Under the pieces are notes generated by a model. That model ran no database searches, was not told where the DNA came from, and saw only the letters and a list, made by a program, of their open reading frames with translations. Below are positions 1 through 9,400 of a stretch of DNA of 64,000 bases, one piece after another. Source of the stretch: an uncultured candidate division Zixibacteria bacterium (GTDB lineage Bacteria > Zixibacteria > MSB-5A5 > UBA10806); NCBI GenBank assembly GCA_963817915.1, contig CAWFQL010000012.1:160001-224000 (forward strand), given 5' to 3'. A program made the position numbers and the translations under genes. Within the stretch, counting starts at the first letter, position 1; the number at the start of each line of letters is the position of its first letter.

Positions 1-1
1 T

Positions 2-430
2 GTTTCCCCCGCCAGGATTTCCATGATTTCCGGGGCAAGAAATAATGCCGAATTATTTGCCCAGAATGAAATAACCGAACTTGGAATCGATTTACAAATC
101 TGTACTGACGATGGAAGTAAAGGCACAAAAGGAACCGCAGTGGATCTATTAGGAAAAAAGCTATCCGAAATGAAGTATAATCATGTTTATTCCTGCGGGC
201 CTTCCGCCATGCTGCAGAAAATAGATCAACTTCTGATAAATAAGAATCTTCAAGGCTTTTTCTCGCTTGAAGCATTGATGCCATGCGGTTATGGCATATG
301 CAGCGGATGCGCGATAAAGACCATTCCATCACCGGATTGCGGCCCGACTGACGACAAGAGAGACTATCATCTAAAACGAGTCTGCTACGATGGTCCTGTT
401 TTCAAATCAGGGGAGGTGATGTGGGAATGA
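2..430 (+). CDS. pyrK: Dihydroorotate dehydrogenase electron transfer subunit (5'-truncated by window edge)
   Basis: Frame is open to the window start. Contains YSCGPSAM, the 2Fe-2S motif MPCGYGICSGC and RVCYDGPVF, and lies directly upstream of pyrD. Confidence 0.9.
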   Translation, partial: VSPARISMISGARNNAELFAQNEITELGIDLQICTDDGSKGTKGTAVDLLGKKLSEMKYNHVYSCGPSAMLQKIDQLLINKNLQGFFSLEALMPCGYGICSGCAIKTIPSPDCGPTDDKRDYHLKRVCYDGPVFKSGEVMWE

Positions 431-1344
431 ACATCAATCTTGAGGTCGAGATTTCCGGACTAAAATTCAAAAATCCAATTCTGACTGCGTCCGGATGTTT
501 TTCATACGGGGAAGAGGCAGCCGAATTATATGATCTATCTTTGCTCGGCGGAATCATCACCAAATCAATAACTCTTTTGCCCCGTGAGGGTCACCCGCCG
601 CCTAAAGTATGTGAAACAGATGCAGGGATGCTTAACGCTATAGGATTATCTAATGTCGGCGTAGAAAAACTTATCTCAGATAAGCTGCCATTCTTAATGA
701 AATTCGATACTGTCAGAATAGTCAGCATCGCTGGTTCCACAATAGATGAATATGCCAGGTTGGCTGAGATTCTCTCCGCGCAAAAAACGGTAGACGCGTT
801 GGAGGTAAATATCTCATGTCCCAATGTAGATGAGGGCGGCCTGGAATTTGGGGCATTTAGCGGCCCCGCAGGCAAAGTCATTAATGAAGTAAAGAAACAT
901 TTCAAAAGACCTGTAATAGCCAAGCTCTCGCCTAATGTCACCAATATCGTCGAAATTGCCGAAAGCGTGGCTGATAATGGCGCTGATGCGGTGTCCTTGA
1001 TAAATACGCTCGTCGGAGCTTCAATTGATATTAATAAAAGAAAATTCAAGCTCTCGAATACTTTCGGAGGCTTATCGGGTCCTGCCATCCGGCCGGTCGC
1101 GATTGCGATGGTATATAAAGTATCAAAAGCCGTAAAAATTCCGATAATCGGAATTGGAGGAGTAACGACTTCTTCTGATGCCATCGAATTTCTTTTGGCG
1201 GGCGCTAAGGCTGTTCAGGTCGGGACCGCTTGTTTTATCGAGCCCAATGCTCCGTTGAATATTATTGAGGGAATTACAAACTACCTTCAATCTCAGGGAG
1301 AAAACAACATCAATAATATTATTGGTACTGTTGGCAAATCATGA
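421..1344 (+). CDS. pyrD: Dihydroorotate dehydrogenase, family 1B catalytic subunit
   Basis: Motifs NPILTASG, GMLNAIGL, EVNISCPNV, KLSPNVT and GGLSGPAIRP. Start could be GTG 421 or ATG 427. Confidence 0.95.
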   Translation: MGMNINLEVEISGLKFKNPILTASGCFSYGEEAAELYDLSLLGGIITKSITLLPREGHPPPKVCETDAGMLNAIGLSNVGVEKLISDKLPFLMKFDTVRIVSIAGSTIDEYARLAEILSAQKTVDALEVNISCPNVDEGGLEFGAFSGPAGKVINEVKKHFKRPVIAKLSPNVTNIVEIAESVADNGADAVSLINTLVGASIDINKRKFKLSNTFGGLSGPAIRPVAIAMVYKVSKAVKIPIIGIGGVTTSSDAIEFLLAGAKAVQVGTACFIEPNAPLNIIEGITNYLQSQGENNINNIIGTVGKS

Positions 1345-2183
1345 ATTTTGTAGAAAAGCTGTTGAACGCCGCCAGAAGCAATAAAAGCTGGCTATGTATC
1401 GGACTCGACCCCGATATTTCCAAAATACCGCAAAAATTCGGCAATTCCATCGAATCAATCCTCAAATTCAATAAGGCAATAATCGAGGCTGCTTCGGACA
1501 AAGTTTGCGCCTTTAAACCTAACTCGGCATTCTATGAATCTCATGGTGCCGAGGGATGGAATATTCTTGCGGAAACCATAAAGGCGGTTCCTTCCCATAT
1601 CCCTGTTATTCTCGATTTTAAAAGGGGCGATATCGGTAATACATCCAAAATGTATGCCATAGCTGCATTTGAGAAATTGGGCGCCGATGCGGTGACTGTC
1701 AGCCCATATCTCGGCGGTGATTCGATACAGCCATTTCTTGATTTTGCCGACAAAGGCGTTTTTGTCTTATGCTTGACATCGAATCCGTCTTCAGCAGACA
1801 TTCAGAAGAAAGTGATTGATTCCAATTCTTCATCCCATTTGGCAATTTATGAATATATCGCCGAACTCTCTCTCCAATGGAATAAAAACAAAAATATCGG
1901 ATTGGTTGTCGGCGCTTCATCGACCCAAGAGCTCAAAAATATTCGTGACAGAATCGGCCCGACTATTCCTATCTTGATTCCCGGCGTGGGAGCTCAGGGC
2001 GGTGACTTGGAAAAATCGATTATCGCTGGCTCCAATGAAAAAGGGGAGATGGCGATTATCAATGTCTCGCGGGCGATTATCTATCCCGGAACCGATGGCG
2101 ATCCTGTCGAGAAAATAGAATCTCAGGCAGAATTTTATCGGAAGAAGATTCAAGAGGGAATCGAAAATAAGCTTCACAAATAA
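1341..2183 (+). CDS. pyrF: Orotidine-5'-phosphate decarboxylase
   Basis: Motifs LCIGLDP, FKPNSAFYE, DFKRGDIGNT and LIPGVGAQGG; ATGA overlap with pyrD. Confidence 0.95.
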   Translation: MNFVEKLLNAARSNKSWLCIGLDPDISKIPQKFGNSIESILKFNKAIIEAASDKVCAFKPNSAFYESHGAEGWNILAETIKAVPSHIPVILDFKRGDIGNTSKMYAIAAFEKLGADAVTVSPYLGGDSIQPFLDFADKGVFVLCLTSNPSSADIQKKVIDSNSSSHLAIYEYIAELSLQWNKNKNIGLVVGASSTQELKNIRDRIGPTIPILIPGVGAQGGDLEKSIIAGSNEKGEMAIINVSRAIIYPGTDGDPVEKIESQAEFYRKKIQEGIENKLHK

Positions 2184-2194
2184 TTCTAAACAAC

Positions 2195-2223
2195 TTGCCA
2201 TTCGCTAATTTCCATAATATAGT
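2195..2223 (+). promoter_or_regulatory. Sigma70-type promoter, likely giving a leaderless mRNA
   Basis: TTGCCA-17 nt-TATAGT, then 6 nt to ATG 2230 with no Shine-Dalgarno. Confidence 0.55.
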
Positions 2224-2229
2224 AATTTT

Positions 2230-2652
2230 ATGAAGAAATACCTCATCCTCGCAATATTAGCCATCATGGCCTGCGGAGGCAAACCCGGCCCCAAAGAAGT
2301 TGTCTTTGATTTCATCGACGGCGTCTTGTTATCGGATTCGCTGAAAATAACTAACGATCTTGATGTTATCTCATTTACGAAATACCTGATGACTAAGATG
2401 ACCCCTGAAGATTCTACCAAAGTATTGGCAGAAAAGCCGGTCGAAATCATCCAATCTCTTCTTGGCGATGGCGAAACCCGTGCAAGATGGAAAAGGCTCC
2501 AAATAATCGTCAATAAAGAGACAATTGAAAAGGATACCGCCCAGGTCGAAGTTTCATTTATCGATAAGACTATCGGTCATCAGCTTTACTCGAAAATGCT
2601 CCTGGCTAAACAGCTGGACGGAAGCTGGCGAATTTTCTATTTTGTCAGATAA
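2230..2652 (+). CDS. Hypothetical lipoprotein
   Basis: MKK, hydrophobic stretch and lipobox (IMAC); 140 aa. Confidence 0.75.
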   Translation: MKKYLILAILAIMACGGKPGPKEVVFDFIDGVLLSDSLKITNDLDVISFTKYLMTKMTPEDSTKVLAEKPVEIIQSLLGDGETRARWKRLQIIVNKETIEKDTAQVEVSFIDKTIGHQLYSKMLLAKQLDGSWRIFYFVR

Positions 2653-2724
2653 ATAATTGTTATTCAATTTCGATTCGCATACCCCCGGATATTTACAATC
2701 TTAAGTATTGCCCCTAAAAAGCTC

Positions 2725-2753
2725 TTGACAGCTCCCGCATTAAGCCTTACCAT
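2725..2753 (+). promoter_or_regulatory. Sigma70-type promoter
   Basis: TTGACA-17 nt-TACCAT, about 315 nt upstream of the 1094-aa gene. Confidence 0.6.
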
Positions 2754-3069
2754 AGCAATGACTTCAACGGTCGGTTGGCCTTGTGAAAATTGGGCCTGCA
2801 ATTATTAGTAAGGCAAATTTTATAATTCACAAGACGGCTGATAGAAATTGTCCAAAATAATCAAAATTGTCTTCGCTAAGTATCTTAGGACGGAAGAGAA
2901 TCTTACAAATCGTAACGAACTGCATCACCGAATTAATGGGATTGAGCAAGTTAATCTGCAATAAAACAATATTAATATCAATTTGGAGGTGAAACATTCT
3001 GACAAAAGCATCGCACCGATTAAATGGTTTTTAGGATTAAGACTAAATACTACTCGGAGGATATGAACA

Positions 3070-6000
3070 ATGAAAAAAATGCTGATGTTTGTCATTATTA
3101 TATTGATGGTTGTCCCCTGCTTGTTAGAGGCAGACGAAATCAATGGGCAGAAATCAAATGAGGGAAATACCCCAGGTATTTTGTCCTCCAATGCCCCAAA
3201 AGATGCTCAAAATATTACGTTAGGCGGCGGCCCCGATGCTTTTGGATACATTTGGAAGGATTCGAACGACCCCGGCGGCCCCGTATTTAATTGGGTCGAT
3301 ATCACCACCGTCGGAACAGAAATCACCCCCTGGCCGAACGGCACAGTCGACGATGGCTATACAAATCCAATTCCCATGGGAATGACATTTAATTTCTATG
3401 GGATTGATTACACCGACATTACAGTCTCCACCAATGGGTGGGTATCATTTCTGGCTCAGACCAATTCCTATCTAACTAATGTTTCTATACCAGCCTCTGC
3501 AAATCCAAATGGCCTCCTGGCTGTTGAATGGGACGATTTGGACGGTGGAACGGTAGGCCATTGCTATTATTACTATGATTCGGCGCAGAACCAATTTATC
3601 GTTTCATGGGTAAATTGGCCGTATTACCCGGATCCTCTTAACCCCCATGATTTTCAGGTAATCTTAAATGGCGCTGACAATTCCGTCATTTATCAATATG
3701 GTACCGGGACGTTCCGCGCGTTTTCGACTGTAGGAATTGAAAATGAAACTGGTATTATTGGTCTGCAGGTTGCCTATAATCAGGCTTACCTTACAAATAA
3801 TCTTGCGATCAAATTATTGGTCCCACCGGTATACGCCCATGATACCGCTCCCTTGCGCTTTACTGGATTACCTCAGGCAGGCTCAGTTGGTGTGCCGATC
3901 AACCCTGAAGCCTACTTCATTAATCTTGGCTCCAATGCTGAAAATAACGTCCCGGTTCGATTAGTAATTACTCCCGGAACATATAATTCCGTTCAGAATA
4001 TCCCGACTTTGGCTTCCGGGGATTCCACTATCGTGACATTTTCCACTTTTACTCCGACAACCAGCGGAATTTATACGCTGACCGCAATTTCCGAATTGCC
4101 TGGAGATGCCGATAGGACCAACGATACCATACGCGCCTCTATCATCATTTACGATACGATAATGGATTTCGAATCCAATTCTGGCGGTTTTCCTGGTACC
4201 GGAGATTGGCAGTGGGGTACTCCCACATCGGGACCGAATGCCGCATTTTCCGGAGTCAATTGCTGGGGAACAAATTTATCCGGCAATTATTCTGCGGGAA
4301 TAAGCACTTTGGAATTCAGTCTAGTCCTTGGTGCTTCAAGCCCGGCGATATCATTCGCTCAATGGTACGATACTGAAAATCTATTTGATGGCTGCAATTT
4401 CTCAATTTCGACCGATCTTGGCGGCACCTGGACAGTAGTATCGCCGATTGGTGGATATGTCGATACAAGTCGTACCGCAAATCCGCTATTCCCAGATTCG
4501 ATTTTCACAGGACACGGCCATACTTCTTGGGAAATTAAGACATTCCCGCTTACAGCCTACGCCGGGCAGACCGTTATGGCTAAATTGGCCTTGGGGGCGG
4601 ATCCTACAGTGTTCTATTCTGGCTGGTACGTTGATGATCTAGGATTAATTGATTGTCAATTTACCTTCCCCAATATTGCAGTTTCACCATCAAATTTGCA
4701 GGGAGCCGCGCTTCCCGGCAATTCAACAATTGTTCCTTTGACTATCTCGAATACTGGTCCTGGCCCGCTTCATTTTAATGCCAGAGCCGCGCAAGATATA
4801 ATTCAACCGCTCTCACCAATCTTTGGATCTGATGGAAATCGCACTTTAGCCTCGCGTCAGGAACCGATAGGCTATCGAACCACAAGCGACAAAGAGGGTG
4901 CCAAGAATAACGCTGAACCATATTATCCTCCGGTGTTAACCGGCTTTGGCGGTCCGGATGCATTTGGATATTATTGGATTGATTCTGATGAACCTCAAGG
5001 GCCGGTATATGGCTGGGTCGATATTTCGACGAATGGTACTGTAATCAATCCCTGGCCGCATGGCACCACGGATGATGGCTATTCAGACCCGATTCCGATG
5101 GGTGGCACATTTAACTTCTATGGAATCGATTATACCGATATTGTAATTTCCACCAACGGCTGGATTTCATTCCTGCCACAGACTTCTGCTGGTTTTTCCA
5201 ACGCCATGATCCCCAATTCCTCAAACCCCAATGCCATTATCGCGGTTGAATGGGACGATCTCTCTGGCAGAACCACGGGGAATTGCTATTACTACTTTGA
5301 TGCGGGCACAAATGAATTCATCGTCTCATGGAATGATTGGGAATACTACGCTTCACCTTACGATCCCCGTAGTTTCCAGGTAATATTAGATATGTCCACC
5401 GGCAGTATACGCTGTCAGTATGGTCTCGCGTCCTACCATACCTCTTCAACAGTCGGAATTGAAAACGATTCAGGGACCGACGGCCTTCAGGTCGCCTATA
5501 ATCAAGCTTATCTTCATGGCGAAATGGCGATTCTTTATACGGCCCCGGTTCAATGGCTTTCAATTGACCCGACATCGGGTTCAATCCCAAGCGGCGGAAG
5601 TCCGGTAACAATCAACGTTACCATGGATGCCTTGAATCTTGCTCAAGGCACTTATACCGGCCGGATAGTAATGGGTAGCAACGATCCGGACAGCGTAACA
5701 TTTGATATCCCCGTGACATTTATTGTAGGAGAAGGTGGACCGCCGCCTGCTCCAGCATTATTGGCTCCCGCCAATGGTTCATCGGTCACCACGGCTACAG
5801 TCCAATTTGACTGGGCTGACGCTCCGACGGCCACAAGATATGTTGTCGAAGTGGCCACCGATGATCTTTTCAATGGCGTCGTCGCGCATGATTCTGCTTT
5901 GACCGCATCTAATTACCAATTTGATTTCCCGACCCTGGGAACATATTTCTGGAGAGTAACTGCGGCCAACGATCAGGGATTCTCGCCGCGAACTGCAGTC

Positions 6001-6354
6001 TGGTCGTTTATTAGAACAACAGGAGGAACGTGCCAGTATGTAGTCGGAGATGCCAACGGCAGCAACACCTTTAACGGCCTTGATGTCACCTATAGTGTGA
6101 ATTACTTCAAGGGTGGAGCTCCCCCGCCGTATTCCTGCGAATGCACTCCCGGCAATACCTGGTTTGTCACAGGCGACGTTAACGGTTCGTGTTCATTCAA
6201 TGGGCTGGATGTTACCTACATGGTCAACTACTTTAAGGGCGGTCCTGCTATTCAGCCTTGTCCCAATTGCCCGCCCGCGCGCGATATCGCTCCCAATCCC
6301 GGGGAAAATATTTCTTCTCACGGGGATGCAAAAATTGGGGGTTCGTCGGAATAG
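3070..6354 (+). CDS. Large secreted multidomain protein: duplicated ~200-aa GGPDAFGY (NIDO-like) domain, Ig/CARDB-like and FN3-like domains, C-terminal Cys-rich dockerin-like module
   Basis: GGAGG RBS and signal peptide. Internal repeat GGPDAFGY..DDGY..PIPMG.TFNFYGIDYTDI..STNGW occurs twice. C-terminus has twin GD(A/V)NGS..FNGLDVTY.VNYFKGG repeats. Confidence 0.85.
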   Translation: MKKMLMFVIIILMVVPCLLEADEINGQKSNEGNTPGILSSNAPKDAQNITLGGGPDAFGYIWKDSNDPGGPVFNWVDITTVGTEITPWPNGTVDDGYTNPIPMGMTFNFYGIDYTDITVSTNGWVSFLAQTNSYLTNVSIPASANPNGLLAVEWDDLDGGTVGHCYYYYDSAQNQFIVSWVNWPYYPDPLNPHDFQVILNGADNSVIYQYGTGTFRAFSTVGIENETGIIGLQVAYNQAYLTNNLAIKLLVPPVYAHDTAPLRFTGLPQAGSVGVPINPEAYFINLGSNAENNVPVRLVITPGTYNSVQNIPTLASGDSTIVTFSTFTPTTSGIYTLTAISELPGDADRTNDTIRASIIIYDTIMDFESNSGGFPGTGDWQWGTPTSGPNAAFSGVNCWGTNLSGNYSAGISTLEFSLVLGASSPAISFAQWYDTENLFDGCNFSISTDLGGTWTVVSPIGGYVDTSRTANPLFPDSIFTGHGHTSWEIKTFPLTAYAGQTVMAKLALGADPTVFYSGWYVDDLGLIDCQFTFPNIAVSPSNLQGAALPGNSTIVPLTISNTGPGPLHFNARAAQDIIQPLSPIFGSDGNRTLASRQEPIGYRTTSDKEGAKNNAEPYYPPVLTGFGGPDAFGYYWIDSDEPQGPVYGWVDISTNGTVINPWPHGTTDDGYSDPIPMGGTFNFYGIDYTDIVISTNGWISFLPQTSAGFSNAMIPNSSNPNAIIAVEWDDLSGRTTGNCYYYFDAGTNEFIVSWNDWEYYASPYDPRSFQVILDMSTGSIRCQYGLASYHTSSTVGIENDSGTDGLQVAYNQAYLHGEMAILYTAPVQWLSIDPTSGSIPSGGSPVTINVTMDALNLAQGTYTGRIVMGSNDPDSVTFDIPVTFIVGEGGPPPAPALLAPANGSSVTTATVQFDWADAPTATRYVVEVATDDLFNGVVAHDSALTASNYQFDFPTLGTYFWRVTAANDQGFSPRTAVWSFIRTTGGTCQYVVGDANGSNTFNGLDVTYSVNYFKGGAPPPYSCECTPGNTWFVTGDVNGSCSFNGLDVTYMVNYFKGGPAIQPCPNCPPARDIAPNPGENISSHGDAKIGGSSE

Positions 6355-6396
6355 ACGCTGTGTAGATAATTCAAGGGGAAATATGCTTTTCAAGAT

Positions 6397-6433
6397 TCGG
6401 GCTCTTCTTAGGATGAAGGGCCCGATTCTTTTT
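6397..6433 (+). terminator. Rho-independent terminator
   Basis: TCGGGCTCTTC/GAAGGGCCCGA stem followed by TTCTTTTT. Confidence 0.75.
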
Positions 6434-6452
6434 GGCGGCCATATCCAATTGC

Positions 6453-6480
6453 TTGACATTAAATGCCAATATGATATATT
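6453..6480 (+). promoter_or_regulatory. Sigma70-type promoter for the selenoprotein gene
   Basis: TTGACA-16 nt-TATATT with extended -10 TG, immediately after the terminator. Confidence 0.5.
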
Positions 6481-6675
6481 TGTATATAGTAGAGCTTGTA
6501 GACGTTGCTGGCTCAATGTACTGTCAAACACTTCTTTTTTTGAATGACTTAACATGACTGGAACGATTTGCTCGAAAATCCCCTCCGCTCAAATCCAGTT
6601 GCTTCATTTAATCGAATGTTTAATAATTGGTAGAATTAGGATAAATCCACAATGGCGCGTCAGGAAGGTACAATT

Positions 6676-8061
6676 ATGAGAAGATTTACAGCGTTGTTAT
6701 TTTTTCTACTGTTTGGTCCAATTTTGATTGGGAATAGCCTGGCTACTCAGCGCATAGTTGTTGCCGAATTATTCACAAATACCGGGTGAAGCTATTGCCC
6801 AGATGCTGATCAGGAATTGGATCAGATAGCAAATGCCCGTCCGAATGATCTCGCCGTAATACGCTACCACGTCAACTGGCCAAGCCCTACAGACCCATAC
6901 TATCAATTTAATATCAGCGAGAATATGGCTAGAAATAACTACTACTCGAACATTTACACTCCGTATATTTATTTCGATGGCAACATAGTGGGAGGATCTT
7001 ATAGTAGCTGGGCCAGTCAAATAAATTCTGAAAGCCAGGTAGCCTCTCCTCTCGATATACAGTTATCGGGGAGCTTGAATTATAATACCAGGCTGGGGAC
7101 TATCGATGTCATGATCATCGCCACTTCAGCTATTAGCTATACCAGCCTGAAGATGCGGCTCGCAATTACCGAATCCAATATTCGCTGGCAAGCCCCCAAC
7201 GGAACATTAAATCATCATCAAACTTTCCGCGATATGGTGCCAAGCACTTCCGGCCAGGCTTTCACTATTGCTCAGGGTGACACCGCTATATTCCATGAAC
7301 CGATTAATCTCAGATCGCCCATGGTACTTTCAAATTGCAGCATTGTAGTGTTCGTGCAATCGGATAACGGCAGCCGGAGAATCCTCCAGGGAGCCAAAAT
7401 CGCGGTGCCGTCATTACAGCGCGTTTATGAGTTGTCGCCATTTTCTCTGGTTGCGCCGCGGAATGATTCAACGCTTTCCACTTGTTATCCTATCTGCACA
7501 TGGCGGCGAAGCAGCGATCCTGATTCGGGGTACGCGATCAACTACGAAGTCCAGATCAGCCTCGACCCTGAGTTCACTAATCCGATTGTTTCGGATCCGC
7601 CATTATCAGATTCGACATGGACTTGTCCATACTGCCTGATGAATGATACGCTCTTTTATTGGCGTGTACGAGCCTTCAACGGCCACGCGCCGGATAAATA
7701 CAGCACTCAGACATATCAATTTCGAATCCATGAAGTCTCATGCCAGTATGTCGCGGGCGATGTCAATGGGAATGGCGTCGCTAATGGTCTCGATGTCACA
7801 TACATGGTAAATTATTTGCGTGGGGGAGTAGCCCCACCAGATACATGCGAGTGCGGAACTAATCCAAATTTTTTGGTGTCATCGGATGCGAATGGCAGTT
7901 GTAGTGTGAATGGCCTCGATGTCACCTATATGGTAAATTTCTACAGGGGAGGCGGCGCACCGATATCATTCTGCACCGATTGCCCGTCCGGTGGCAGATC
8001 GTCCCTACTTTCAACTAAAAGAGAAATCTCTCACCAGCCAGTAAAGCCAAAGATAGAGTAG
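6676..8061 (+). CDS. Secreted Omp28/thioredoxin-like protein with UxxC motif (probable selenoprotein), FN3-like domain and Cys-rich dockerin tail; 461 aa with read-through
   Basis: AGGAAGG RBS, then ATG 6676 and signal peptide MRRFTALLFFLLFGPILIGNSLA, then TQRIVVAELFTNTG-TGA(6787-6789)-SYCP, in frame with track ORF 6817..8061. Confidence 0.85.
6790..6830 (+). promoter_or_regulatory. Putative bacterial SECIS element
   Basis: Directly after the in-frame TGA. Lower stem GCTAT(6791-6795)/ATAGC(6826-6830), upper stem CTGATC(6806-6811)/GATCAG(6820-6825), loop AGGAATTG starting 22 nt after the UGA with G at loop position 2. Confidence 0.7.
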
Positions 8062-8086
8062 CGATTTCGAGACAATTCAAATAATT

Positions 8087-8121
8087 AGCCGGCGGAAATA
8101 CATTCTGCCGGCTTTCTATTT
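8087..8121 (+). terminator. Rho-independent terminator
   Basis: AGCCGGCGGAA/TTCTGCCGGCT stem with T-rich tail, between convergent genes. Confidence 0.7.
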
Positions 8122-8162
8122 GGGCCAATTATCGGACAAATATAAAATGCTTCTAAAATTAT

Positions 8163-8661
8163 CTAATGCTCTGATTCTTCCGATTCATGCTTCTCATCCG
8201 GTAATGCCAGCGAATCTGATTTCAAAAGCGATTCCTGAACCGGTTTTACTCCCGCGCCATATGTATATACCATCTCTCCGCCAAGGTAGCCGCCAACACT
8301 CACTACGCCAGCCGCGACTACACTTATCCCAAATGCCAACCATCCAAAGCTGCTATAAATCTTCTTGCCAAAGCTCAAACGGAAAATTAGCGAGACAATG
8401 ACAACACTTAAATAAATATACCCCATCGTCTCGTGAGTATCTAAAATTTCTCCTGCGGCTTTCGGCAGCTTTACGGCATCCTCAGTCAAAAGTCCGCTTA
8501 TTACGGCCGCCGCGGCTCCAAGGACTGCAAATACCGTCAAAATGGTACCTGTCAAAATAAATGATTCCTTCTCTGGTAATTATCCCGATAAAATCGCAGG
8601 CAACGATTACGAATATCAATGCTATCGGGAAATGAATAATCATCGGATGAATATTAGGCAT
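8163..8661 (-). CDS. DUF2231-like membrane protein with an apparent +1 frameshift near 8572
   Basis: AGGAG RBS and ATG 8661 give MPNIHPMIIHFPIAL. Removing one base near 8572 joins this to ...SGLLTE..HETMG..GYLGGEMVYTYGAGV. The span is 499 nt (3n+1). Confidence 0.75.
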
Positions 8662-8895
8662 GATTATCTCCTATAATAATTTTTGGCTTGTTGAAATATT
8701 TGGTCTATCTGCAGTTTTGTCATTGCGGATAAAATATAGCACATGTTTAGGATTTTGTTCAACCGCTGATTATTACCAAATCTACGAATTCGGGGCGCAG
8801 CTTTATCGTTTGGCCAATGTGAGCTCTTTTTCTTGAATTGTGTCTCTATTCATGCTAATGAAATATCCAACCAATTTTATTTTAAAGGAGATTTG

Positions 8896-9279
8896 ATGAA
8901 AAAGATTGTAAGCACCGAAAAAGCACCAAAAGCAATAGGACCTTACAGCCAGGCCGTGATTGAACCGAAAACCGGACTTATTTACACTGCGGGACAAATT
9001 GCATTGGATCCGACAACCGGTGAAATAGTTGGCAATGACATTCAGACTCAGGCAAAACAGGTATTCAATAATCTGCAAGCAGTACTAAAGGCTGCCGGGA
9101 GCGGATTTGATAATGTCCTTAAGACTACAGTTTTTCTAAAAGATATGAACGATTTCGCTAAGGTAAATGAGGTTTATTCCGAATACTTTAATAGGGATTT
9201 TCCCGCAAGGTCCGCAGTCGAAGTTTCCAGACTGCCCAAAAACGCGTTGATAGAAATAGAGTTGGTCGCACACATTTAG
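8896..9279 (+). CDS. ridA: RidA/YjgF/UK114 family enamine/imine deaminase
   Basis: AAGGAG RBS before ATG 8896. Motifs [18 protein letters not shown] and [13 protein letters not shown]...IEIE. Confidence 0.93.
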   Translation: MKKIVSTEKAPKAIGPYSQAVIEPKTGLIYTAGQIALDPTTGEIVGNDIQTQAKQVFNNLQAVLKAAGSGFDNVLKTTVFLKDMNDFAKVNEVYSEYFNRDFPARSAVEVSRLPKNALIEIELVAHI

Positions 9280-9400
9280 AGCAAAAACAAAGCAAACTGC
9301 CTTAATATTAGTTGACATGTCGGGTATCAAATTATAATTAGGGGTTCAAAGCCATGGACTTTATGGCTTTCAAGGAGGGGACAGCTTCGTCTCTGCAAGA

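Noticed and set aside
6787..6789. Genome-wide TGA reassignment to Trp or Gly
   Set aside because: TGA ends genes at expected positions (pyrD, pyrG, kdsD, lptC), so read-through must be site-specific.
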